Virus record (IMG/VR): IMGVR_UViG_3300014348_000129
Span: 1 to 43,883 of that record
DNA: 43,883 nt
Reading direction: 5' to 3' (one strand)
Origin: a virus
Part shown: positions 12,715 to 21,707 of the stretch, piece by piece
Layout of the letters: the number at the start of each line of letters is the position of its first letter
How positions within the stretch are numbered: the first letter of the stretch is position 1
Notes under the pieces: generated by a model
What the model saw: only the letters and a program-made list of their open reading frames with translations
Told to the model about the DNA's origin: nothing
The model's database searches: none
Program-made: the position numbers and the translations under genes

Positions 12715-13796
12715 GCGACCACGTCCCCTTCCTCGGTCTGTTTCGACCGCCACCATCCGTAGAGCGCCCAGGCGGTCAGCCCGGCGCCGAGCAGCCCGCC
12801 GGCGGCGAGCAGCCCATTGCCGAGCGTCTGCGCCCAGCTCGCGTCGATCCCGACGAGGTAGGCCGCGCCCTCGCCGATCTGGTCGCGAAACTGCGTGACC
12901 ATCACCAGCACGCCGCCGGCCGGCAGCACCTGCTTGACCTCGTCGACCTCGGTGACAGTCTGCGCGCCCGGCGTCTCCTCGGGCGCCACCTTCCATTCCT
13001 CGAGGCGGCGGACCGTCTCCGGGCCGACGACGCCGTCGGCCTTGATCCGCTGCTTCTTCTGGAAGGCCTTCACCGCGTCCTTCGTCGCCGTGCCGAAATC
13101 GCCGTCGACCTTCACCGGGTGCCCGGCGCGGGTGAGCAGCGCCTGAAGCTCGCGGACGCGGGCGCCGCGGCTGCCCATGCGCAGCATGCCGGTAGCCGCC
13201 GAGGTGGGCGGATTGCCGGAGATCCGCGCATAGGCCGCGGCCATCTTGGTATGGTAGGCGTTCTTTCGGAACCCGGCGCCGTTGTAGCCGCGAGCAAAGG
13301 CGGTGAAGTCGCGGCGCTGAAGTTCGTCGACCAGGCCGAACTCGACGATGTAGCGGACCATGGTCTCCACCTGCCCGGCGGCGTCCTCGCGCATCCTGTC
13401 GAACATGGCGTCGACGCTGGCGTATTTGAGCGTCTTCCAGTGGGCGAGCATCACCTGCCCGACGCCGCCGGAGATCGATTCCAGCGCAGCCTGCCGGTCG
13501 ATCGCCATCGCCGCCCGCAGGATCTTCCAGCGGCCGGCCTGGTCCTTCGGGTTCTTCACCTTGCCGGCCTTCGGACTGGCCAGTCCCTTTGCCCGCGCCT
13601 GGTCGCGCGCGATGCCTTTCAGGCGATTGTCGAAGTAGTGCCCCTCCCAGCGGATCAAAGGCTCCTGCCGGCCGTTGACGACCGCATAGACATGGCCGGC
13701 GGCCTCGACCTCGGCGACGGCGAGCAGGGCGGCCGGCTCGATCTTCAGGCGCGCGGCATGAGTATGCGCCGCCGCAATAGTTGCGTCGTCGAACAT
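12711..13796 (-). CDS. Endolysin: N-acetylmuramidase (DUF3380-type) + PG_binding_1 + C-terminal hydrophobic anchor
   Basis: 361 aa from ATG 13796 (AGGA RBS). Motifs LLAVAEVEAAG, LIRWEGHYF, GVGQVMLAHW, FARGYNGAGFRKNAYHTKM. Peptidoglycan-binding repeat LQALLTRAGHPVKVDGDFGTATKDAVKAFQ. C-terminal GLLAAGGLLGAGLTAWALYGWW. Confidence 0.85.
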   Translation of the reverse strand: MFDDATIAAAHTHAARLKIEPAALLAVAEVEAAGHVYAVVNGRQEPLIRWEGHYFDNRLKGIARDQARAKGLASPKAGKVKNPKDQAGRWKILRAAMAIDRQAALESISGGVGQVMLAHWKTLKYASVDAMFDRMREDAAGQVETMVRYIVEFGLVDELQRRDFTAFARGYNGAGFRKNAYHTKMAAAYARISGNPPTSAATGMLRMGSRGARVRELQALLTRAGHPVKVDGDFGTATKDAVKAFQKKQRIKADGVVGPETVRRLEEWKVAPEETPGAQTVTEVDEVKQVLPAGGVLVMVTQFRDQIGEGAAYLVGIDASWAQTLGNGLLAAGGLLGAGLTAWALYGWWRSKQTEEGDVVA

Positions 13797-14109
13797 GGTT
13801 TCCGTCCTTCTGGTTGATTCCGCTTCGGCTAAGGTACTGCCAGCGCCCACATGTCCGCGCGCTGGTTTGTGGCCGCTGGATCGATGATCTTCACGCCGGA
13901 CTTGCCCACATAGCCATTCGGCTCCCCGGGAGCACCCGGTTGCCAGTTCATTTCGCCGCACGTTGCAAACGGCGCGCCTCGATCTTCACAAGCTGTGCGT
14001 TGATCTGCTCGCTGCACAAGACCTTGGCCGCATTTCACCGGTCTAGCACCCCTCTGGGCGGCTCCTTTCGGTTGCGATTTTCAGGAGAGGGTGCGAAATA
14101 GGAAGAGAC

Positions 14110-15501
14110 TTGGCCGGGGCAAAGGCAATGCGTAGCCGAAATATCTGTCAGCGGTTCAGTTTGTTTGGGATGGACACTATCGCCACCCTCTACGCGCTAC
14201 TTGCTCTGCCAATGACTCTCATGTTTGCATTGCTCACGCCGCCATTTCAGATACCGGATGAGCTAGATCACTACCTGTACGCGCGAATGCTGACAGAGGG
14301 GCAGGCGCTGCCTGTGCAGTTGCCCGGCGGCGGCGCGGGTGGCGCGGTTCGCGCTGGCGATCTTGCTCTCTTCAAGACGTTCGCAAATCTCCCCTTCCGC
14401 TACGAAGAAAAAGTATCAGCACAGGCTTTTCAGGGCGCCAATATTATTAGAGAAGGCGCCAGTATTCAAAATGACTTTTCAGGTGCCGCAATTTACCCAC
14501 CGACCGCTTATGCGGTGCCCGCTCTAGGCCTCGCCGTTGCCGATGCGATGGGTGCGTCGAGGCTCGTAGCCTTTTATGGGGGTCGCGCTGCGAATGCACT
14601 AGCGTTCGTCGGCATGGCAACAATCGCCCTCTGTGTTTTGCCGGTGAGCAAGGGGGCCTTCGCATTCGTTTTGCTTCTGCCGATGACGCTATCGCAAGCT
14701 GGCTCGTTCTCAGCGGACGCGCATGTATTTGGTGTCACGGCGATTATTTGCGCGCTGTTGGCGAGAGAAAGTCTTTGCGCGCCTCGTGCGCTAGTCCTGA
14801 CTGTCGTCGCCGCCATGATCTTGATGGTGGCGCTGACAAAGGCGCCTATGGTTGCGCTTCTACTTCCATTGGCAGCACTGTCATGGCGGCATTCAAAGGC
14901 CCTCGCCGCCGTACTCACCATCGGCGTACTCGCCGCATTCGCGGTTTGGACACTCGAATTTGTCCTTACCGAAGCGCAGGCGGCGCGCAGTGCCAGGTTG
15001 GGCAATGTGTCAGCTACCGACCAGTTAGACTTTCTGCTGTCATCCCCATTTTCCGTGTTTACCGTGGCGTGGGGGACGCTAACGGCAAACTTGACATTCT
15101 ACTACCAAAGCATGGTCGGCCGATTTGGGTGGCTCGATGCGCCGATGGCGCTTTGGTTCTACTGGCTCGCTGGTTTGTCGTTTGCGGTCACAGCGGGAGC
15201 CAGCGCACTGGAAACAAAGGCACTGCCCCATGGGCTGGCGTTTGCTCTATCGGCGATCGTCTCCGCCACTCTCACGTTCGGAGCATTGTATCTCTCATGG
15301 ACCCCGGTGGGAGCAGGAATCGTCGTTGGCGTCCAAGGACGGTACTTTATACCTGTTCTGCTGCCGGCCGTCATAGCGCTGGCTGGTCTCGCGCGGATGC
15401 CAATCAACCCACTTTTCGCGTTCACCCCGGCCGTTTTGCTATGGGGTGCAGCCGCGGTTCACGCGCCTTTGGTGCTAGTGTTCAGGTACTACCTTCGATA
15501 A
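14110..15501 (+). CDS. Polytopic membrane protein, DUF2142/GT-C-like glycosyltransferase candidate (lysogenic-conversion type)
   Basis: 463 aa, or shorter from ATG 14128 or 14170. About 12 hydrophobic helices. The N-terminal loop motif FQIPDELDHYLYA resembles the PDE..H signature I recall for DUF2142. Opposite strand to all neighbours and AT-richer than them. Confidence 0.6.
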   Translation: MAGAKAMRSRNICQRFSLFGMDTIATLYALLALPMTLMFALLTPPFQIPDELDHYLYARMLTEGQALPVQLPGGGAGGAVRAGDLALFKTFANLPFRYEEKVSAQAFQGANIIREGASIQNDFSGAAIYPPTAYAVPALGLAVADAMGASRLVAFYGGRAANALAFVGMATIALCVLPVSKGAFAFVLLLPMTLSQAGSFSADAHVFGVTAIICALLARESLCAPRALVLTVVAAMILMVALTKAPMVALLLPLAALSWRHSKALAAVLTIGVLAAFAVWTLEFVLTEAQAARSARLGNVSATDQLDFLLSSPFSVFTVAWGTLTANLTFYYQSMVGRFGWLDAPMALWFYWLAGLSFAVTAGASALETKALPHGLAFALSAIVSATLTFGALYLSWTPVGAGIVVGVQGRYFIPVLLPAVIALAGLARMPINPLFAFTPAVLLWGAAAVHAPLVLVFRYYLR

Positions 15502-15531
15502 GTCCGCTACGTAGGGCCAGCCACGTTGTCC

Positions 15532-17772
15532 TCAGGCCGTATTGGCTAGGAGTGACTGCATGACGCCCCAGTTCAATCGCGTCGATCCGGCTGTGATGTT
15601 ACCACCGCCGACGCGCCTGAGAACAAAGCGTGCCGTCGTGCTCGTCGAGTTTGTTACATCATACGTGCCGATGAGATCGGTGCCGTTGCCGCATATCCAG
15701 CCAGCACCAGCGAGAGCAACCCCTGATGGGATCGGAACGTCTATATTCTCTGTCGCAGCCCCTCCGGTCAGTGTATAATTTGCAGTACCTCCCCATATTT
15801 TCGGCTGGATGTGGTTGTTCGCATTCGTAGCCTGATTCAGTATCCGGACGGTGCACTCGCGGTATGCGTTTGCGGAACCTACGCTGACGTAGTTCGCATT
15901 CGCCGCAAGCCAGATCGCGCGCCCGGCAAAGCTGTGAAATGTGTTACCGTCTATGAGGCCACCATACTTCTCGTTGTTTACCGATGAATTGACCTGTAGC
16001 CCGGTTTCATCGCTGCTTCCGGTCGTCCCCTTGAATACATTGCCAGTAGCGGCCCACCTGCCGCCGTTGCGGGTGATGATCCCGTTGTAGTTCGCGGTGG
16101 TGCCTGATCGATAGAACAGAGCTCCGCTGCAAATCCAGTCAAATAAATTGTCTAGGTCGAGTCCGTACAAGCTCGTGGAAATATGGCCGCCTAAGATGTG
16201 CAGCCCGCTCTCGCCAATTATCGGCTTGTACTTGATGCCAGTGACTGCTCCAACGATTTCCGGATGCGTGATATACATGCCCTCGCAATAATTGCCCGCC
16301 TCAATAGCGATATCGCCGTATGTAATATCAGGGTTGTCGATCCGGAGATCGGTCGGGCTATTGCCCTGCGCATCGCCATACCAGACGATGCCGCGCGTGC
16401 CGGTGGCACCCGACGCCATCCGAATGACCGGGTGCTTCAGTTTCGCGTTGGAAACGTTGTGCAGCGAAATCCAGTCGGCAAAGCCCTGGCCGGATATTGA
16501 TGACCGCGCTCGCAACTCCAGATCGTTGAACCTCAATGGGGCGTGTGGCCTGCCCTGCTCGCAGCTGCCCTCAATGCTTATTCCCTTCCCCACATGCGTG
16601 TTGGTCGTGGTCAGTGTCATGTTCGAAATTTCAAGCCCGCTGCGCCCGCCTGCGCTGTCGAGCCACCAATTGCCTGGAGTGAATATCTCAATGCCATCTC
16701 CACCTGTATTAAGGTCGATAATGGTCACTCCGTTTCCGTTCCCCCTCCACGCAAACGCTTTGTCTCCGCTCATGCTCGCCGTGATCTTGTCGGTGATTAG
16801 ATAGCGGCCCGCCGGGAAATAGACATCGCAACTGTTTGCCGCGGAGTATGTCAGCAAATCTTGCGCAGCGTCAGTCGTGTCGACGCTATTGTTTGTCAGC
16901 CCCGCATCGAGCGCCGAAAAGGTATCGCCGAGCTTTGCCCACAGCGGACGGATCACGGTTGGCATTGCCGGAGGCACGAATCCAAGCTCCGAGTCTCCCG
17001 AAATAACGGCATCGATCGGCAGGACGACCGTGCCGACGTCCCCAATGGTAATCACCTGCTCGGCCTTGCCTTCCGCGTCGTATACGGCGGCAATCATTGC
17101 CCCAGTGCCGTCGATGGCGCGGTTTTCAAGCGCGGTGCCAGATGCGTTCCAAGCCAGAACCTTGTAAGCATCGGCTGGTGGCAGCGAGAGACCCTCCGAA
17201 AAAAGCCGGAATGTCGATCCAGAAACTTGGCCGGCGACGACTGCTCCAGCCTGAAGCGCGCCGACCGAAACATCCGACCCGCCGGCCGTCTTGATCGTCA
17301 GCACCGAGCCGCCGTTGAATGCGACCGTTACTGGCGTTGCCGTGTTCGCCTCATAGATGTTGAGCGAAATGATCGCGGCGCGATCTGCGGACGGAAGCGG
17401 AATATCCGTAGTCGCGACGATGGCGTTCGCCGTGCCGGCGCCTGCGTCGGTCGCCTTGATGTACTGCCGACCAGGCACGTCGCCCAAGCGCGTCCAGGAG
17501 CCGGTCGTCGTCGCCCCGACCTTCATGTAAAGGCCGTCATAGCCGGCGGTCGGATCTCCTATGACCAGCGCCGGGACGTTGGCGGCGGGCACTAGGTTGG
17601 CGTATAGCGCGGCACGGGTTGAGTAGACGAGGCTCGATGTGAACGCGAGGGTGGCGAGATACTCGATCTCCGTGCCCCAAACCTGCACATCGCCGTTGAC
17701 GACGTTCCTCGCACTGCCGCCGCTGTCGGTAGGCGCAAAGATATCCACCGCCGTCTTGGAAAAGATGGTCAT
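15532..17772 (-). CDS. Tailspike/tail fibre with a right-handed parallel beta-helix (depolymerase-type) domain
   Basis: 746 aa. Repeated beta-helix rungs: NMTLTTTNTHVGKGISIEG, GIVWYGDAQGNSPTDLRIDNPDI, IAIEAGNYCEGMYITHPEI, LHILGGHISTSLYGLDLDN, IDGNTFHSFAGRAIWLAANANYVSVG. AT-richer than the rest of the tail genes. Confidence 0.75.
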   Translation of the reverse strand: MTIFSKTAVDIFAPTDSGGSARNVVNGDVQVWGTEIEYLATLAFTSSLVYSTRAALYANLVPAANVPALVIGDPTAGYDGLYMKVGATTTGSWTRLGDVPGRQYIKATDAGAGTANAIVATTDIPLPSADRAAIISLNIYEANTATPVTVAFNGGSVLTIKTAGGSDVSVGALQAGAVVAGQVSGSTFRLFSEGLSLPPADAYKVLAWNASGTALENRAIDGTGAMIAAVYDAEGKAEQVITIGDVGTVVLPIDAVISGDSELGFVPPAMPTVIRPLWAKLGDTFSALDAGLTNNSVDTTDAAQDLLTYSAANSCDVYFPAGRYLITDKITASMSGDKAFAWRGNGNGVTIIDLNTGGDGIEIFTPGNWWLDSAGGRSGLEISNMTLTTTNTHVGKGISIEGSCEQGRPHAPLRFNDLELRARSSISGQGFADWISLHNVSNAKLKHPVIRMASGATGTRGIVWYGDAQGNSPTDLRIDNPDITYGDIAIEAGNYCEGMYITHPEIVGAVTGIKYKPIIGESGLHILGGHISTSLYGLDLDNLFDWICSGALFYRSGTTANYNGIITRNGGRWAATGNVFKGTTGSSDETGLQVNSSVNNEKYGGLIDGNTFHSFAGRAIWLAANANYVSVGSANAYRECTVRILNQATNANNHIQPKIWGGTANYTLTGGAATENIDVPIPSGVALAGAGWICGNGTDLIGTYDVTNSTSTTARFVLRRVGGGNITAGSTRLNWGVMQSLLANTA

Positions 17773-17836
17773 GGCAGTCTCCGGTTTGGAAGGCAGGTCT
17801 GTGACGAAATGGATCGCGGCGGGCGGGCCAGGTAGC

Positions 17837-20020
17837 TCAAGAACTCGGCAGCGGTGTCACGGTCACCGTCCACGCCGTGCCCGGCGTTCCGTCGGAGGTG
17901 TATGGCGTGATGCGCCAGTATATGCGGTCGTCGAAGCCGAAACCCTCAGCCCATGTGTCGTCGTTGAACACGACCGCTTCGCCGGGGCGGATGTTCGCCG
18001 TCGCCACCGTCGACCAGCCCCAGTAGACCCCTGGCGTCTGGTCCCAATAATCGTGCTCGAGCTTCACCCAGGCGACGTGCATCTCGTCGACCGTGATGGA
18101 GAATTCCATGTTGTTGAAGTTGCCTGCGGTCGTAACGTCAGGCTCGGCCGGCGGCGTGTTGTCGTAGGCCAGCGTCACATGGACCGTGTCCGACCAGGGC
18201 GACGGGTTGTCCTCGGCGTCGAAGACGTGAACGCGGAAGTCGGCCTGCTGGCCCGCCGTGCCGCCGGCGATCCAGGCCAGGGTGACGCCGAGCGCGTCGA
18301 CCTCGGTCATGTTGGCCCATGTGCCGGGCACGCTGCCCGAGTAGAGCCGGTGGATGGCCTCCACGAGTTCCGCGCCCGGAGGCAGCGTGTAGGGGAAGCG
18401 GATCTCCTTCGACGTGTCCGGATACTGGACGAGGTAGGCGGTCGTCACCTCCGGGGCGTCGATGCCGCTGTCGTAGACGATCTCCGGCACCTGCTCCGGC
18501 GCCGGCGCCTCCATCGTCTCGGGGTCCCATGGCTCGGCGATCAGTTCCTGCGGCCACACGATGAACGGAATTTCGACCTGTCCGGCCGCGTCGTCGATCC
18601 GCGGCGGCTCGATGCGCGACAGCAGCGTCTCGCCGAGGTCGTCTGTGAGGTCGAACAGGGCATGGAACAGTCCCCATGCGGCGATGCCCGACCAGTTCGT
18701 CTGTGCCGCGGCGCGATCGGCGCGCGCCATGAGGAACTTCCGCCGCGCGATGCGCTGCGCCTGGCTCGCCGAGGGGCAGAAGGGCAGCTCGATGTCGAGC
18801 GGCTTCTCGCCGTAACGCGTCACCTCGTCGTCGATCCGCGCCCAGGCGATGCCGGAGAGATCGATCTCGCCCATCTCGTAGTTGCGCTCCGGCGAGTAGT
18901 AGCGCACGCGGCAGACGTTAGGCCGCTCCACCGCCTCGGGGCCGGACTTCCACGACCACTCGAGGATGTCGCGCATGCCGAACGTCACCTCTTCCGCCGG
19001 CTCGTCGTCGACCAGGCGGATGCGGATCAGCCCTGCGTCGGAGAGCGAGACGTCGGCCCCGACCGAATCGAGGATGTCGATCATCGTGTCGCCGCGCTTG
19101 GCCTCGGACAGCCAAACCCCGGAGAAGCGCGAGCGCGGCTCCGTTCCCGTCAGCGTGTCGACGGTCGCATCGGCCTTGTCGGCCTCGAGCGCGATGTCGT
19201 CCCAATCGAACGACGCCATGGTCAGTTCCGGGTAGGTCGACATCACCCGTGCCGCCCACAGGATGCCGTTTGCCGTCCATTTGTGCGTCGACGGCGTGTC
19301 GCGGTCCTGCGTCTCGTCGCGGGGGTCGTAGCAGTGCCCGATCCTGGCGACCACGGCGAGGTCCGGCTCGCCGCCCTGGTAGAGCTTGCCGAAGTCTTCC
19401 GTGTAGATGCCCGGCGAGACGTACTTGACCAGGCTCTGGAAGATGCCGCGCACCTTGTGGTCGGCCGTCCACAGCGACGGGAAGGCCGCCATGAGCGGCG
19501 TCCACGCCGTCTCGGTGCCGTCGCCGGGCTTCGACTGGATGTTGATCCACGAGCCGGACGGCTTGGCGTAGGGCGGCGAGGTGACGTCGCCATTGTCCTC
19601 GGTGATGACCGTCCGCCCGCCGATGCGGTATTCGACGATCCCGTCGAGCCGGCCCTTGCAGTGCAGGATCAGCCGGTAGCGGTCGGTGCCGGCCGTGTTG
19701 CCGAAGGCCTTGACCCCGCCGAGCATGACGAGGCCGCCGGCGTTGATCTCCGACGTCTCGGCGCTCTCGAACGTGTTCTTGTACTGCCCGGGGTCGATCG
19801 TCTGGTCGCGCCGGCCGACCAGGTTGCTCGCCACCGACGCGCCGATCGCCAGCGCGGCGAGCCCGATCTGCGCCGCAGTCACCAGCGTGCCGAAGGAAAA
19901 CACCGCGCCGAGCGGCCCGGCGAACAGGAAGAAGCCGATCGACACCGGGTCGGCCGCAGCATGGGCCGTCATCGCCAGCAGCGAAGCCCCGGCGGCAAGG
20001 AGTGCGGTGAACCGCTTCAT
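17837..20020 (-). CDS. Central tail tip / host-specificity protein (lambda J / GTA g15-like)
   Basis: 727 aa. Gly/Ala-rich hydrophobic N-terminus (IGLAALAIGASVASNLVGRRDQ). Position after the NlpC/P60-like gene; ATGA overlap upstream. Confidence 0.7.
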   Translation of the reverse strand: MKRFTALLAAGASLLAMTAHAAADPVSIGFFLFAGPLGAVFSFGTLVTAAQIGLAALAIGASVASNLVGRRDQTIDPGQYKNTFESAETSEINAGGLVMLGGVKAFGNTAGTDRYRLILHCKGRLDGIVEYRIGGRTVITEDNGDVTSPPYAKPSGSWINIQSKPGDGTETAWTPLMAAFPSLWTADHKVRGIFQSLVKYVSPGIYTEDFGKLYQGGEPDLAVVARIGHCYDPRDETQDRDTPSTHKWTANGILWAARVMSTYPELTMASFDWDDIALEADKADATVDTLTGTEPRSRFSGVWLSEAKRGDTMIDILDSVGADVSLSDAGLIRIRLVDDEPAEEVTFGMRDILEWSWKSGPEAVERPNVCRVRYYSPERNYEMGEIDLSGIAWARIDDEVTRYGEKPLDIELPFCPSASQAQRIARRKFLMARADRAAAQTNWSGIAAWGLFHALFDLTDDLGETLLSRIEPPRIDDAAGQVEIPFIVWPQELIAEPWDPETMEAPAPEQVPEIVYDSGIDAPEVTTAYLVQYPDTSKEIRFPYTLPPGAELVEAIHRLYSGSVPGTWANMTEVDALGVTLAWIAGGTAGQQADFRVHVFDAEDNPSPWSDTVHVTLAYDNTPPAEPDVTTAGNFNNMEFSITVDEMHVAWVKLEHDYWDQTPGVYWGWSTVATANIRPGEAVVFNDDTWAEGFGFDDRIYWRITPYTSDGTPGTAWTVTVTPLPSS

Positions 20021-20418
20021 GCGATCGCCCAGACCTTCTCAAAGCGCCGCACCGGTCCGAACCAGGCGAAATGCCCGTCGTCCTTGCGGATGGCGAGGAT
20101 GCCGCCCGTGGCGAGGATGCCGCCGATCTGCCCGTGGAGCCGCGTGTCGATCACCGCGATGTCGCCGAGCTGCGGATCGCCGAAGCGCTCGCCGACGCCG
20201 GTGCCGTCTAGGCATGCGTCCCACGTCGCCACTAGGTCGCCGTGGCGGGCGACGATCGCCCGCGCCTCCTCGCGGCTGGCATAGGCCGGCAGCCGCGCCG
20301 CGATGCCGCGTTGGCGCAGCCACAGCCAGGGCGTCGCCGAGCAGTCGGTCGCGCCCCACACCGTCGGCGCGCCCTCCAGGCGCTCCAGGAAGGCGGTGAG
20401 ATCGGCCATTATTCCCAT
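20017..20418 (-). CDS. NlpC/P60-like tail-associated peptidase (lambda K / GTA g14 position)
   Basis: About 133 aa from ATG 20418 (AAGGTGG RBS; alternative start at 20409). WGATDCSATPW supplies the Cys, with GDIAV and H motifs downstream. Confidence 0.55.
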   Translation of the reverse strand: MGIMADLTAFLERLEGAPTVWGATDCSATPWLWLRQRGIAARLPAYASREEARAIVARHGDLVATWDACLDGTGVGERFGDPQLGDIAVIDTRLHGQIGGILATGGILAIRKDDGHFAWFGPVRRFEKVWAIA

Positions 20419-20978
20419 TGCTCGGCCACCTTGACGCCGAGGAAGTCGAGCCCCTTGTCGCCGGGGTGGCGCCGCCTCTGGTCGGCTGGGCTCCAGCGGC
20501 CGCCAAACGGGTAGTTCTGCGCCTGCCAGAAGCTCTCGATGGTGAGACCGATGTAGCGCTCGCCGATGCCCTTCCGGTGCAGCGACGGGCTGCTCATCCG
20601 CCCGGGCAGCAGGGACTTGAACAACTGGTTGTTGCCGGTCTCCGGGTCGAACAGCGCGAAGCGCAGGATCGCCTGCCGCCCCTCCAGCGCCCGCGCGTCG
20701 GCCTTGACCGACTGGAAGAAGGCCGAATTGACGCCGCCGATGACGATGTCGACCTTGGCCGCGACGCCGAAACGCGGATCCTCGACCGACGACACCGAGA
20801 CGAGCTGCCCGCCGACGGGGTCGGAGATGCCGCGGTATTCCTGGCCGCCGATCGTGACCCGTCCGACGCCGTTGTGCAGCCAGGCCGCCCCGGACGGCAG
20901 ATCGAACCAGCCGAACCACTGCCGTGCCACATGCGGCGCCGACAGCCATTCGCGATCGGCTTCGGAAATCAGCGCCAT
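20409..20978 (-). CDS. Minor tail protein (lambda L / GTA g13 position)
   Basis: 189 aa; WFGWFDLPSG...VTIGGQEYRGISDPVGGQLVSVSSVED. Call is by position; family not verified. Confidence 0.5.
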   Translation of the reverse strand: MALISEADREWLSAPHVARQWFGWFDLPSGAAWLHNGVGRVTIGGQEYRGISDPVGGQLVSVSSVEDPRFGVAAKVDIVIGGVNSAFFQSVKADARALEGRQAILRFALFDPETGNNQLFKSLLPGRMSSPSLHRKGIGERYIGLTIESFWQAQNYPFGGRWSPADQRRRHPGDKGLDFLGVKVAEQWE

Positions 20979-20981
20979 CGC

Positions 20982-21707
20982 TCAGTCCGTGAACCAGTCG
21001 CGAACGTCGTAGTCGAGCACCTCGACCAGCGTCGCCGTCAGCCCGACGGCGGCCGTGACATCGCGGCTCCCGGTAGCCGCCTCCTCGCCCTCGAGGCGCA
21101 GCGCCAGCGTCGGCTTAAGCGTCGCCTTGGCTGCGGTCGTGATCGCCGCGCGCAGCGGCGGCCATACCCGGTAGACGCCGTCGGCGATGACCTCGGTCAC
21201 CTCGTGCATGCCGAAGACGAAGGGGAAGAACCCGACGCGATCCCCGAGCCCGAGTTCATGGCCCCACCATTCGTCGGCGAGCGTGATTTCGGTCGCCCCG
21301 ATGGCCGCTGCCGCCGCCACCGACACGACCGGCGGGCTCAGACGCCAGTTTTCGCCGTTGGACCACGGCTCCCCGTTCGACCACTGCGTTCCGGTGGCGA
21401 TCTCGAAGTCCGTCGCGTCGACGCCGGCCTCCTGGTAGGTCATCATGTCGGGGTCGAAGAATGCCCAGCGCGTCGCGTTCGCCCCGCCATGAAGCGCCGT
21501 CAGCCAACCGCGGAATCGCCTGAATTTGATGCCCTTCATCGGCGGGAAGGAGAAACGGAACCGCCACAGCCCGAAGGCGCCCGCCGTCGTCTGGACGAAA
21601 CCGTCGAGCGCCTGCGTCCCAGCCGCCCCGACCGCGCGAGGCCCCGAAAGCGGCTCGATCGCCGTCGTCTTCAACAGCCCGGCCGGCGGCGACAGGAGCC
21701 GTGCCAT
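20982..21707 (-). CDS. Minor tail / distal tail protein (lambda M / GTA g12 position)
   Basis: 241 aa from ATG 21707, with an ATGA overlap with the tape-measure stop. Call is by position. Confidence 0.5.
   Translation of the reverse strand: MARLLSPPAGLLKTTAIEPLSGPRAVGAAGTQALDGFVQTTAGAFGLWRFRFSFPPMKGIKFRRFRGWLTALHGGANATRWAFFDPDMMTYQEAGVDATDFEIATGTQWSNGEPWSNGENWRLSPPVVSVAAAAAIGATEITLADEWWGHELGLGDRVGFFPFVFGMHEVTEVIADGVYRVWPPLRAAITTAAKATLKPTLALRLEGEEAATGSRDVTAAVGLTATLVEVLDYDVRDWFTD

Noticed and set aside
13829-14038. 69-aa minus-strand ORF in the endolysin / GT-C divergent region, considered as a missing holin.
   Set aside because: It has no hydrophobic segment, no RBS, and a non-ATG start in the track. 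The region more likely holds divergent promoters. Not fully excluded as a small soluble protein.
17639-20284. 881-aa plus-strand ORF over the J-like gene, and similar giants (20418..21845, 22416..23759, 25735..27633, 29093..30868, 37540..39498, 41342..42652, 42649..43725).
   Set aside because: All are antisense to structural or replication genes with clear family motifs and coupled starts. Their products are dominated by R/A/G/P/D/V runs, consistent with GC-rich shadow frames.
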